NCBI GenBank assembly: GCA_964533715.1
Contig: CAZHNI010000003.1
Location: 32,170 to 82,374, forward strand
Length of the DNA stretch: 50,205 nucleotides
Direction of reading: 5' to 3'
From: an uncultured Gammaproteobacteria bacterium
GTDB taxonomy: Bacteria > Patescibacteriota > Patescibacteriia > Magasanikbacterales > GWA2-37-8
Positions 1 through 8,222 of this stretch are shown here, piece by piece; within the stretch, counting starts at the first letter, position 1, and every line of letters starts with the position of its first letter. The notes beneath the pieces are model-generated. The model was not told the DNA's origin, ran no database searches, and saw only the letters and a list, made by a program, of their open reading frames with translations. A program made the translations under genes and the position numbers.

Positions 1-687
1 CCAGTCATTCCACTAATGTTCTTTTTAATTACAAAATACAAAAAACACCGCACTATTTACTATTTACTATTTACTATTTTACTTCTCGCCGGCCTCACCT
101 TATTACTTACTAAATCCCTCGGCGCGCTGGTGGCTGTCGGTCTCGGCACCCTGCTTTTTTTCTTTCTCCTCGGCTATAAAAAAATCACGCTTACAATCAC
201 CGCCATCGTCATTATCATCTCTATCTCTTTATCTCCTCTTCTCTTTATCTCTAAGTCACAGTCCGCCGCTAACCGCCTCACTCTCTGGAAATATTCCTAC
301 AGTTACCTCACCACCTCCCCCAAAAATTTCATTTTCGGCACTGGCATTCGCCAATTTTTTCGTAAAATCCAAAAACCATATTACGATGTTAAAAAAATGG
401 AGCGTCTTATTTACCCCCACAATATTTTTCTCAATTTCTGGACCGAAATCGGACTTATCGGCATGTTGTCTTTCGTTACTATTTACTATTTACTATTTAC
501 TATTTACTACAAAGTTTACAAACACTCCGACAAACTCCTCGGCGCCAGCCTCTTGTCCGCTCTAATCGTCTTACTCGTCCATGGCCTTATCGATGTCCCC
601 TATTTTAAAAATGATTTGGCAATGTTGTTTTGGATTTTGGCCGCGGTTGTCATTGCGAGAAGTGAAACGACGAAGCAATCCCTATAA
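1..687 (+). CDS. O-antigen ligase/polymerase-like (Wzy_C-type) integral membrane protein, C-terminal part; the 5' end lies outside the window
   Basis: The reading frame is open from nt 1. The product is multi-TM. 'GTGIRQFF...YPHNIFLNFWTEIGLIGMLSF' resembles the conserved C-terminal block of the O-antigen ligase family. The last ~12 codons and the stop lie inside a palindromic repeat element. Confidence 0.6.
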   Translation, partial: PVIPLMFFLITKYKKHRTIYYLLFTILLLAGLTLLLTKSLGALVAVGLGTLLFFFLLGYKKITLTITAIVIIISISLSPLLFISKSQSAANRLTLWKYSYSYLTTSPKNFIFGTGIRQFFRKIQKPYYDVKKMERLIYPHNIFLNFWTEIGLIGMLSFVTIYYLLFTIYYKVYKHSDKLLGASLLSALIVLLVHGLIDVPYFKNDLAMLFWILAAVVIARSETTKQSL

Positions 688-837
688 TTTAAAACGACCC
701 CCCCCAACTGTCATTTCGAGCGTAGCGTAGCGAAGTCGAGAAATCCCTTTTACCACCGTTAAGGGATTCCCTGTCTCCTGCATGCGCAGGCATGGCGCAG
801 GCAGGCACCATTCCGCTCCGCTCCAGTCGGAATGACA
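648..837. repeat. Composite MITE-like palindromic element: a half copy at 648-683 plus a full copy at 709-837
   Basis: The termini are 'tgtcattgcgag' / 'tgtcatttcgagcg' ... 'cagtcggaatgaca'. The internal 'ctcctgcatgcgcaggcatggcgcaggcagg' is shared with the element at 40301-40462. The segment is GC-rich relative to its flanks. Confidence 0.7.
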
Positions 838-1383
838 AAAAAACAATTACACTCTATGTTCTACCTCTTCTCCATTCTCACCGCCCCGGGAGTCGCCGTT
901 CACGAACTTGGCCACCTCTTTTTTTGTTGGCTCGCACGCGTAAAAATTTATAAAATAAAACTTTTCCAATTCAATAAAAAAACCGCGGGGTTTGTTACCC
1001 ACGCGGAGCCACGCTATTTTTTTCAAGCCCTTTTTATCTCTTTTGGACCACTGTTCATTAACTCCCTTCTGGCCCTATTATTATTTGCACGTGTTTCTCA
1101 TAACCCTTCCGAATGGCTCTCGGTGTTCCGCTTTAATGGCAATCACTCAATTATATGGTTATGGCTCGGAATAGTCATTGCTCTGCACGCCATTCCCTCA
1201 AACGGCGATGCGGCTTCACTTTTTCAAATTTCCACTACGCGCTGGTGGCGTAACCCTCTGCGCCTCATTGGCCTGCCCTTTGTGTTATTTTTAAGAATCC
1301 TTAATTGGCTCAAACTTCTTAAAATAGATTTTATTTATGCGCTAGTACTTTTTTGGCTCGGGAATATTTTCTTGAAGAAATAA
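832..1383 (+). CDS. Polytopic membrane protein with an HExxH motif (putative zinc metalloprotease, DUF3267-like)
   Basis: 'VAVHELGHLFF' (HExxH) follows the first hydrophobic segment, and several TM helices are present. The ATG lies inside the right terminus (gaATGACA) of the repeat element. Confidence 0.5.
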   Translation: MTKKQLHSMFYLFSILTAPGVAVHELGHLFFCWLARVKIYKIKLFQFNKKTAGFVTHAEPRYFFQALFISFGPLFINSLLALLLFARVSHNPSEWLSVFRFNGNHSIIWLWLGIVIALHAIPSNGDAASLFQISTTRWWRNPLRLIGLPFVLFLRILNWLKLLKIDFIYALVLFWLGNIFLKK

Positions 1384-1386
1384 AAT

Positions 1387-1830
1387 CTATTCTATGTCGT
1401 CAGTCTTCTGAACATTTCGACTGTCCGATTCTCTGCGAAACCGGCGATCGTCAATCATTAAAAGAAAAAGCATCAAAAATGCTGAGCACGTTGCCAAAAT
1501 ATAAAACCGTACACCCAAGGCCATGCCAATGGCAGCGGCCGCCCAAAGTCCAGCCGCGGTTGTTAGCCCCTCTACTCTATTTTCTCTGTGCAAAATAATA
1601 CCCGCCCCCAAAAACCCAATTCCAACCACAATTTGGGAGGCAACTCGAGAGGCGTCGCTGCCCAAACCAAAACCGCTCACCGAAAGTACCGTAAATAAAG
1701 CCGAGCCGGCGCAAACCAGCGCATGAGTACGAGGCCCCGCCGACTTTCCCCAGCGTTCTCGTTGCCAACCTAAAATACCACCTAAAAAAATTGCTAACAA
1801 CACCGGAATAAGCATTTGGAATTCTTGCAT
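1387..1830 (-). CDS. MgtC/SapB family membrane protein
   Basis: 'GGILGWQRERWGKSAGPRTHALVCAGSALFT' matches the MgtC-family N-terminal signature (G.ERE....AG.RTH). About 4-5 TM helices. Confidence 0.75.
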   Translation of the reverse strand: MQEFQMLIPVLLAIFLGGILGWQRERWGKSAGPRTHALVCAGSALFTVLSVSGFGLGSDASRVASQIVVGIGFLGAGIILHRENRVEGLTTAAGLWAAAAIGMALGVRFYILATCSAFLMLFLLMIDDRRFRRESDSRNVQKTDDIE

Positions 1831-1866
1831 ATAATAAAAAATAGATTGTTCTAGTATAACACATCG

Positions 1867-1895
1867 TTGACTAAATCACGAATTTTTGATATATT
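1867..1895 (+). promoter_or_regulatory. Sigma70-type promoter upstream of tRNA-Ala
   Basis: TTGACT (1867-1872), 17-nt spacer, TATATT (1890-1895). Confidence 0.5.
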
Positions 1896-1955
1896 TTGTT
1901 GGTCAAAGCCTGTGGCTTTATAAACTTTACAAACTTTTGACTTTCAACTCTACTC

Positions 1956-2028
1956 GGGCCCTTAGCACAGCTGGTAGTGCGCCTCGTTTGCAACGAGGAG
2001 GTCATCGGTTCGAACCCGATAGGGTCCA
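1956..2028 (+). tRNA. tRNA-Ala (anticodon UGC)
   Basis: Manual cloverleaf: acceptor GGGCCCT/AGGGTCC with G3:U70, D stem GCAC/GTGC, anticodon stem CCTCG/CGAGG, loop TTTGCAA (34-36 = TGC), T arm ATCGG-TTCGAAC-CCGAT, discriminator A73. CCA is not encoded. Confidence 0.9.
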
Positions 2029-2036
2029 CAAAAAAA

Positions 2037-2066
2037 ATCACCCTGCCTCTCTGCGGGTGATTTTTT
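2037..2066 (+). terminator. Rho-independent terminator after tRNA-Ala
   Basis: Stem atcaccc/gggtgat followed by TTTTTT. Confidence 0.6.
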
Positions 2067-2446
2067 GTTGCTCTCAAAAATTGTATATTGTACTTATCTC
2101 GCTGCTAAAACCAAGACGGTAGGGAAAATTGCTCCCCAAAGCAGCAAACACGAGGCCCCAAGCACCACATTGGTGGCTACTGGGCCGCAATCCTTTAGTA
2201 AATGACGGCTAAGCACACTCATACTAAAAAACTTAAGAATAAAAAGAGCTTGTTTCTCCCGCGGGCCTATGGTAAAGTTTTAGCTCACAAAACTGATAAG
2301 TACTTAACATAAATAGTATAGCACATTTTGACCATTTTGTCAAGGGCTTTTTTGGCTAAAATAAGAGAAAATAATTTTTTGACTACCGAAAATTTTAAAA
2401 TTGGGTCTGCGCCTATCTACCGCTCAAAAACGACACCAAGCACTGG

Positions 2447-2475
2447 TTGTCAAAGACAAAAAAATTTGATAATAT
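2447..2475 (+). promoter_or_regulatory. Sigma70-type promoter of uppS (near-leaderless)
   Basis: TTGTCA, 17-nt spacer, TAATAT. The ATG lies 11 nt after the -10 element and has no SD. Confidence 0.5.
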
Positions 2476-2486
2476 GATTCAAGTCT

Positions 2487-3179
2487 ATGAATCTCCCTAC
2501 CCACATTGCACTCATACCCGACGGCAATCGCCGTTGGGCCACCCTGCGGGGCTTACCCGTGTTTATGGGCCATCGTGAGGGGGCTAAAACAACCGAAAAA
2601 ATTCTCACCGCCGCCCTTGAGGCACACATTCCTTGCCTCACTTTTTGGGGGGCATCTATAAGCAATGTTACCAAACGCGACAATACCGAAGTTAAATTTT
2701 TGTTTAAATTATTCACTGCCTATTTTAAAAAAATTTCCAAGGCCAAACTAATTCACCAACACAAAGTACATATTAACGTATTTGGGGAATGGAAAAAATA
2801 CTTTCCCAAAGAAACACAAAAAGCCATCGAGGGGGCCCTTTCTGCCACCAAAGACTACTCCGATTTTCAATTAACATTTTTGCTGGCTTATAGCGGCACC
2901 ACCGAAATGCTTGGGGCCATCAATACCCTTATAAAAGAAAAGATGACCTCCATTGACGAATCCGACCTCAAAAAACACCTTTATACCAAAGACCTTCCGC
3001 CCGTTGATCTTATTATTCGCACCGGCAATGAACCACATTTGTCTACCGGCTTTATGATGTGGGACTCTGCTGACTCCCAACTAATTTTTAGCCCAAAAAT
3101 GTGGCCAGATTTTTCCCCGGACGATTTTGCTGAAGCCCTGAGCACGTTCGCCAAAACCGAACGTCGTTTAGGTAAATAA
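2487..3179 (+). CDS. uppS: Undecaprenyl-diphosphate synthase (cis-isoprenyl transferase)
   Basis: 'HIALIPDGNRRWA' is the hallmark UPPS motif. 'IIRTGNEPHLSTGFMMW' is the conserved C-terminal block. Confidence 0.9.
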   Translation: MNLPTHIALIPDGNRRWATLRGLPVFMGHREGAKTTEKILTAALEAHIPCLTFWGASISNVTKRDNTEVKFLFKLFTAYFKKISKAKLIHQHKVHINVFGEWKKYFPKETQKAIEGALSATKDYSDFQLTFLLAYSGTTEMLGAINTLIKEKMTSIDESDLKKHLYTKDLPPVDLIIRTGNEPHLSTGFMMWDSADSQLIFSPKMWPDFSPDDFAEALSTFAKTERRLGK

Positions 3180-3228
3180 AAGTCAGCACTATCTTGGTCT
3201 GAATGTCATTTTTAACAACCAGTAGTAG

Positions 3229-3277
3229 TTATCCACAGCTTTGACCACTACATATAGTTTTTTGTCTGTGGTATACT
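3229..3277 (+). promoter_or_regulatory. Candidate nrd control region: perfect DnaA box, NrdR-box-like palindrome and extended -10
   Basis: TTATCCACA at 3229-3237. 'ccactacatatagttt' (3245-3260) matches 13/16 of the NrdR box consensus acaCwAtATaTwGtgt as I recall it. TGgTATACT at 3269-3277. Confidence 0.35.
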
Positions 3278-3532
3278 AAACACAGACCTTTTTATTAGAG
3301 CCCCGCTGAGAGCCAAAAACAAATTACGTGGGGCATATCTCATACTTAAAATCGGTATGAGATTTTTAGTCTCTTTAACCATAACGTGCTGAGCATCTCG
3401 AGAGGATAGGTTCCCTTCGACAAGCCGGGGGCCTATCAACTACGAAATGTTTGGCACAGTGTGGTGAAAATTACACTCAAATATCCTTACTCTAAGTTTC
3501 CAATTTATAATTTCTCATTAATCTCCAACCAT

Positions 3533-6352
3533 ATGGGGACGCTTGTCAAAATAAAAAAACGAGACGGAACGGTAGCAGATTTTAACTCAGAAAAAATTGC
3601 TCTTGCCATCGGCAAAGCTTTTCGAGAAGTGCGCGGTTCAGCCGACCCGGCTACCGTAAAATTACTGGCCGATGAGGTAGTAAACAATATTGAAAAATTC
3701 TTTTCCTCGGCAATGCCGGCGGTAGAAAATGTGCAAGATTTTGTGGAACGGCAACTAATGGAACGTGGATTTTATGATGTCGCCAAATCCTACATTCTAT
3801 ACCGTTACGAACACACCAAAGAACGGGCCGAAAAAAAGAAGTTGGTTTTAGAAAAAATAGAAAAAAATGCACTCATAATTACCAAGCGCTCCGGAGCTAA
3901 AGAATCCTTCTCTTTAGACAAACTTCGTAAGTCACTTAGTTTTGCAATTAAAGGGTTAGAAAACAGCGTTGATGTTGAGGCTGTTCTCAACCAATGCCGC
4001 TCCGAACTGTATGAGGGAATATCTACCGCCGACATTGCCAAAGCCCTTGTCATGACGACGCGCGCCATGATTGAGCAGGACCCGGCCTACGCTTCTGTTG
4101 CTGCGCGCCTACTTTTGTTTATTAATTACAAAGATACTATTGGTACCGATACCATTGATTATTCAAAACTAGAGACACAATATCGCGAAAGTTTTATACG
4201 CAATATTAGACGCGGCGTGGAAATTGAACGCCTAGATCCCCGCCTCTTGGCTTTTGACCTAGAAAAACTCAGCCGGTCAATTGTAATTGAACGCGACGAT
4301 TTATTTGTGTATCTCGGGCTCCAAACGCTGTATGATCGCTATTTTATTCGCGACCATGCCACCAAACAAACCTTGGAAACCCCACAAATGTTTTGGATGC
4401 GCATTGCCATGGGCACAGCCTTGCACGAAAAAACCAACAAAACCGAGTGGACAATTAAATTTTATGATGTAATGTCCAAGCTTCTTTACACTCCATCTAC
4501 TCCGACTCTTTTCCACGCTGGCACCCCTAAACCGCAACTTTCCTCCTGTTACCTCAACACTGTTTCCGACTCGCTTGATAACATTTTTAAAACCTATTCC
4601 GACAATGCCCAACTTTCCAAATGGAGCGGCGGCATCGGTACAGATTGGTCTAATTTGCGTGGTACTGGGGCCTTCATTAAAGGCACGGGTGTAGAATCGC
4701 AGGGTGTTATTCCGTTCCTTAAAATCGCCAACGATGTCACGGTCGCCATCAACCGCAGTGGCCGTCGTCGTGGCGCCGCCTGTGTTTACTTGGAAACCTG
4801 GCACTACGATGTTGAGCGCTTTTTAGAGCTGCGCAAAAATACTGGCGATGAACGTCTCCGCACCCACGACATGGATACCGCTAACTGGATTCCTGATTTA
4901 TTTATGAAACGCGTTCGTGAAGATGGTGACTGGACGCTTTTTTCCCCAGACGAAACCCCTGATTTACACCATCTTTATGGCGAACGTTTTGAAACTCAAT
5001 ATGCACGGTATGAAAAAATGGCGGACGATGGAAAAATTGTCCTCTTTAAACGCCTCAAAGCGCGTGACCTTTGGAAAAAAATGTTGGCCATGCTCTTTGA
5101 AACCGGCCACCCCTGGATTACCTTTAAAGACCCATCCAACATCCGTTCGCCACAAGACCACATTGGCGTGGTACATAGCTCTAACCTCTGTACCGAAATT
5201 ACGCTGAATACCTCAGAAAATGAAACGGCCGTTTGTAATTTAGGGTCACTCAACTTTGCTAAATTTGTCAAAAACGGCCAATATGATGTTGATCTTGTAA
5301 AAGAGGTGGTAACTATTGCCATGCGCATGCTCGATAACGTTATTGACATTAACTATTACCCGACCGAGGACGCCAAACGATCTAATATGCGCCACCGACC
5401 AGTTGGTCTTGGCATTCGCGGCTTCCAAGATGCCCTTTATCAGCTGGGAATCAACTTTGATTCCGACGAGTGTGTTAAATTTTCTGACTACAGCATGGAA
5501 GTGGTGGCGTACTATACCATTTTGGCCTCAACCGAGTTGGCCCGTGAACGAGGGAGCTATGAAACTTTCCGTGGCTCCAAGTGGGATCGCGGCATCCTAC
5601 CAATAGACACAATTGATATGCTTGAGAAAGAACGCGGTATGGTAATTGCTGTTGACCGTTCCACCACCTTAGATTGGAACGTAGTACGTGGGGCTATTAA
5701 ACAATACGGCATGCGTAACTCTAATACCATGGCCATCGCTCCAACCGCTACAACCGCCAACATTGTTGGTTGCATTCCTACTGTAGAACCAATCTATAAA
5801 AATCTGTACGTTAAATCCAACCAGGCTGGAGACTTTGTTATTATCAACTCCTACTTGGTAGAGGATCTTAAAAAATTAGGCCTATGGGACTTTGAAATGC
5901 TCGGCAAAATTAAATACCACGATGGAAACATTTCACAAATTAATGAGATTCCGATCACCATTCGAAACAAATATAAAGAGGTGTTTGAAATTGATTCCCG
6001 TTGGATTATAAAATCAGCCGCCTATCGTGCCAAATGGATAGATCAATCACAATCAATAAACGTTTTCTTCGGCGGCACCTCTGGCAAGGAACTTAGTGAC
6101 ATTTATATGTATGCGTGGGAGCTGGGTCTTAAAACCACCTACTACCTGCGCACCTTGGCCGCCTCACAGGTAGAAAAGTCTACTGTTAACACAACAGAAC
6201 ACGGCTCCACCCATACTCGTACCATGCAGGGGGCAAAATCACAGCCAGTTTCACTGCCCTCTCCTGCCCCAACAGTTTCCACTCCTGCCGAGTCCCCAAC
6301 TCCAAAAGCCTGTGCCATTAACGACCCAAGCTGCGAGTCATGCCAGGGTTAG
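3533..6352 (+). CDS. nrdA: Ribonucleoside-diphosphate reductase, alpha subunit (class I, with N-terminal ATP-cone)
   Basis: ATP-cone 'VKIKKRDGTVADFNSEKIA'. Catalytic blocks 'SSCYLN', 'NLCTEI' and 'AIAPTATT'. C-terminal Cys pair 'CESCQG'. I chose the start at ATG 3533 (MGTLVKIKKRDG) rather than the track start at 3461. Confidence 0.9.
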   Translation: MGTLVKIKKRDGTVADFNSEKIALAIGKAFREVRGSADPATVKLLADEVVNNIEKFFSSAMPAVENVQDFVERQLMERGFYDVAKSYILYRYEHTKERAEKKKLVLEKIEKNALIITKRSGAKESFSLDKLRKSLSFAIKGLENSVDVEAVLNQCRSELYEGISTADIAKALVMTTRAMIEQDPAYASVAARLLLFINYKDTIGTDTIDYSKLETQYRESFIRNIRRGVEIERLDPRLLAFDLEKLSRSIVIERDDLFVYLGLQTLYDRYFIRDHATKQTLETPQMFWMRIAMGTALHEKTNKTEWTIKFYDVMSKLLYTPSTPTLFHAGTPKPQLSSCYLNTVSDSLDNIFKTYSDNAQLSKWSGGIGTDWSNLRGTGAFIKGTGVESQGVIPFLKIANDVTVAINRSGRRRGAACVYLETWHYDVERFLELRKNTGDERLRTHDMDTANWIPDLFMKRVREDGDWTLFSPDETPDLHHLYGERFETQYARYEKMADDGKIVLFKRLKARDLWKKMLAMLFETGHPWITFKDPSNIRSPQDHIGVVHSSNLCTEITLNTSENETAVCNLGSLNFAKFVKNGQYDVDLVKEVVTIAMRMLDNVIDINYYPTEDAKRSNMRHRPVGLGIRGFQDALYQLGINFDSDECVKFSDYSMEVVAYYTILASTELARERGSYETFRGSKWDRGILPIDTIDMLEKERGMVIAVDRSTTLDWNVVRGAIKQYGMRNSNTMAIAPTATTANIVGCIPTVEPIYKNLYVKSNQAGDFVIINSYLVEDLKKLGLWDFEMLGKIKYHDGNISQINEIPITIRNKYKEVFEIDSRWIIKSAAYRAKWIDQSQSINVFFGGTSGKELSDIYMYAWELGLKTTYYLRTLAASQVEKSTVNTTEHGSTHTRTMQGAKSQPVSLPSPAPTVSTPAESPTPKACAINDPSCESCQG

Positions 6353-6355
6353 CGG

Positions 6356-6478
6356 TGTCATTGCGAGGAACGAGCCTTGCGGCAAGCGACGCGGCAATCC
6401 CTTTGTTTTCGGAACCAAGTCAGCTCTGAATGCGTAGGGATTGCTTCGTCGTAGTGCGAACTCCTCCTCGCAATGACA
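6356..6478. repeat. MITE-like palindromic element between nrdA and nrdB
   Basis: Left end 'tgtcattgcgaggaacg', right end 'ctcctcgcaatgaca' (inverted termini). Internal 'gcggcaatccc'/'gggattgcttcg'. Confidence 0.7.
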
Positions 6479-6498
6479 ATTATTTCTCATTCAAAAAT

Positions 6499-7533
6499 AT
6501 GCCCATCACCAAAACCACAAATAAAGTCGACATCAATGCCCGCCGTGTTATTAATGGCGTGGATGCAGATGTAATTCAACTCTACCCCATGAAACACAAG
6601 TGGGCTTGGGAAGCATATAACGTTGGCAATGCCAACCATTGGCTTCCTACCGAAATTAGCATGCAAAAAGACATTGAGCAATGGAATTCACCCGGTTTGC
6701 TCTCGGACGATGAACGCAAAGCATTTAAAACGGTTTTAGGGTTTTTTACTACCGGCGACTCCATGGCTGCTAATAACGTCGTTCTGGCCACCTACCGCCA
6801 CGTCACGAGCCCTGAATGCCGCATGTACATTTTGCGCCAAGCCTACGAAGAAGCTATTCATACTCATTCATACCAATACATTGTAGAGTCGCTCGGTTTG
6901 GATGAAGGAGAAATATTTAACATGTACCGCGAAGTAGACGCTATCTACAATAAAGATGCTTTTGTATTAAGCTTTAACGAGGGCATTTTTAACCCGGAAT
7001 TTAAAACCGGTACGTTACAAAACGATCAGCTGTTCTTAGAAAATATGGTAGTGTTCTCGCTCATTTTTGAAGGTATATTTTTTTACAGCTCTTTTGCTGT
7101 AATGTTTGGTTTCCAACGCCTTAACAAAATGGTGGGCAGTGCCGAACAAATCCAATATATAATGCGAGATGAGTCTCAACACCTAAACTTTGGTATCAAT
7201 ATCATCAATACTATTAAAGAAGAGCAACCAGAAGTCTGGACCCCAGAATTTCAAACGCGTGCCATCAATTTAGTTAAAAAAGCTGTGGACCTTGAGGCCA
7301 CCTTTGCCGCTGAAGTTTTTCCCAAGGGAATTTTTGGCATGAATGCTGATGGTTTCCGCAAATACATTGAACATATCGCCGACCGTCGTTTGGCCCGCGT
7401 TGGCCTGCCCGCGCAATACAATACTCCCAACCCCTTCCCTTGGATGAGCGAAGCGATTGATTTAAATAAAGAAAAAAACTTCTTTGAAACACGCGTGACT
7501 GAATATAAGGTGGGCGGAACATTAGATTGGTAA
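6499..7533 (+). CDS. nrdB: Ribonucleoside-diphosphate reductase, beta subunit (di-iron/tyrosyl radical type)
   Basis: 'EEAIHTHSYQYI' and 'MRDESQHLNFG' are ferritin-like metal-ligand motifs. I chose the start at ATG 6499 (MPITKTT). The track start at 6430 reads through the repeat element. Confidence 0.9.
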   Translation: MPITKTTNKVDINARRVINGVDADVIQLYPMKHKWAWEAYNVGNANHWLPTEISMQKDIEQWNSPGLLSDDERKAFKTVLGFFTTGDSMAANNVVLATYRHVTSPECRMYILRQAYEEAIHTHSYQYIVESLGLDEGEIFNMYREVDAIYNKDAFVLSFNEGIFNPEFKTGTLQNDQLFLENMVVFSLIFEGIFFYSSFAVMFGFQRLNKMVGSAEQIQYIMRDESQHLNFGINIINTIKEEQPEVWTPEFQTRAINLVKKAVDLEATFAAEVFPKGIFGMNADGFRKYIEHIADRRLARVGLPAQYNTPNPFPWMSEAIDLNKEKNFFETRVTEYKVGGTLDW

Positions 7534-7586
7534 TTTCAAGTACGCTTGAAATTACCCCGAGCGAGCACTGCGAGTCGAGAGGTGAC
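7531..7586. repeat. Perfect 10-bp hairpin at the nrdB stop plus a half copy of the palindromic element family
   Basis: 'taatttcaag tacg cttgaaatta' at 7531-7554. 'ccccgagcgagcactgcgagtcgagaggtgac' resembles 'tcgagcgtagcgtagcgaagtcgagaaatc' at 714-744. Confidence 0.45.
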
Positions 7587-7588
7587 TA

Positions 7589-8218
7589 TTAAAAAAGATT
7601 CCCAAACACTCCGGCCTCCTCAAGCTCATGAACCCCTTGTACCAACAAACTAAGGGCGAGCAAACCCAAAAAAATCGTGGTAAAAAGAAAAATATTTTTT
7701 ACCGGCAAGCGCCGGATTCCTTGAGCGACGAGCCACCCAGACACGAGCGCTGCCCCACCCCCCAACAAAACACCAAAAACATTGGCGGTACTAAAAATAA
7801 AATTACTCGCTCCCAAAAAAATAACAACTTCCATACCGTCACGAAAAACCGAAAGGAAGGTAAATAAAAACAACCCAACTTTTTCTTCATTTTGTATAAA
7901 CCGACCAACCCTCTCAGTAACGCCCTGAGCCTTCTTGTGTTGGCGATAGCTCCACCAGATCATTCCAACAATAAAAAACGCACCAGCAACCATTGTGGTG
8001 CCTTGTAAAGCAATGCGCGCGGCTACCTGGTACACTGAAAACGCTTTATAAAAAAATAACGCACCAAAAAAGCTTGCTGCGGCCCCAAGCACAACCCCAG
8101 CATACACAACCTTTTTAAAATACACTTGACCAGTTTTATTTATGTAGCCAAAAATAGCGCCTAATATTAGGGCTATTTCAAACACCTCTCTAAAAACCAC
8201 CACGAAAGACGTTAACAT
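7589..8218 (-). CDS. FTR1/EfeU-like iron permease family membrane protein (short form)
   Basis: Two RExxE-like motifs in TM segments ('FREVFEIA', 'FRDGMEVV') and about 6 TM helices. Confidence 0.5.
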   Translation of the reverse strand: MLTSFVVVFREVFEIALILGAIFGYINKTGQVYFKKVVYAGVVLGAAASFFGALFFYKAFSVYQVAARIALQGTTMVAGAFFIVGMIWWSYRQHKKAQGVTERVGRFIQNEEKVGLFLFTFLSVFRDGMEVVIFLGASNFIFSTANVFGVLLGGGAALVSGWLVAQGIRRLPVKNIFLFTTIFLGLLALSLLVQGVHELEEAGVFGNLF

Positions 8219-8222
8219 AAAA

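Noticed and set aside
1956-2028. First reading of this tRNA as tRNA-Cys (GCA)
   Set aside because: Numbering the 7-nt loop TTTGCAA puts TGC at positions 34-36. G3:U70 and A73 are alanine identity elements, so it is tRNA-Ala(UGC).
2094-2222. 42-aa minus-strand ORF (MSVLSRHLLKDCGPVATNVVLGASCLLLWGAIFPTVLVLAAR) between tRNA-Ala and uppS
   Set aside because: It has one plausible TM helix but no promoter, conservation evidence or motif. It is too short to support from sequence alone.
3290-3530. Cobalamin riboswitch upstream of nrdA
   Set aside because: 'ggtgaaaat' near 3470 superficially resembles the GGTGAAAATCC element. I could not find the B12 box or the expected order of conserved segments on either strand.
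3461-3532. Longer N-termini given by the ORF track: nrdA from 3461, nrdB from 6430, rnpA from 11445, polA from 19199, tig from 15538, rpsT from 32478, sigma from 35402
   Set aside because: The extensions precede the conserved N-terminal motifs, often run through repeat elements or promoters, and have non-protein-like composition. Internal ATGs aligned with family N-termini were preferred.
4301-4804. Large antisense ORFs inside nrdA (4301-4804), polA (19421-19945), hppA (16084-16443, 16736-17131) and the surface gene (46836-47201)
   Set aside because: All are fully embedded opposite strongly supported conserved genes and lack motifs. I regard them as shadow ORFs.
3533-6352. Intein or intron in the unusually long (939-aa) NrdA
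   Set aside because: The conserved catalytic blocks are contiguous. I saw no Cys/Ser...HN splice-junction pattern or homing-endonuclease motifs. The extra length is explained by the N-terminal ATP-cone/helical region and a low-complexity C-terminal tail.
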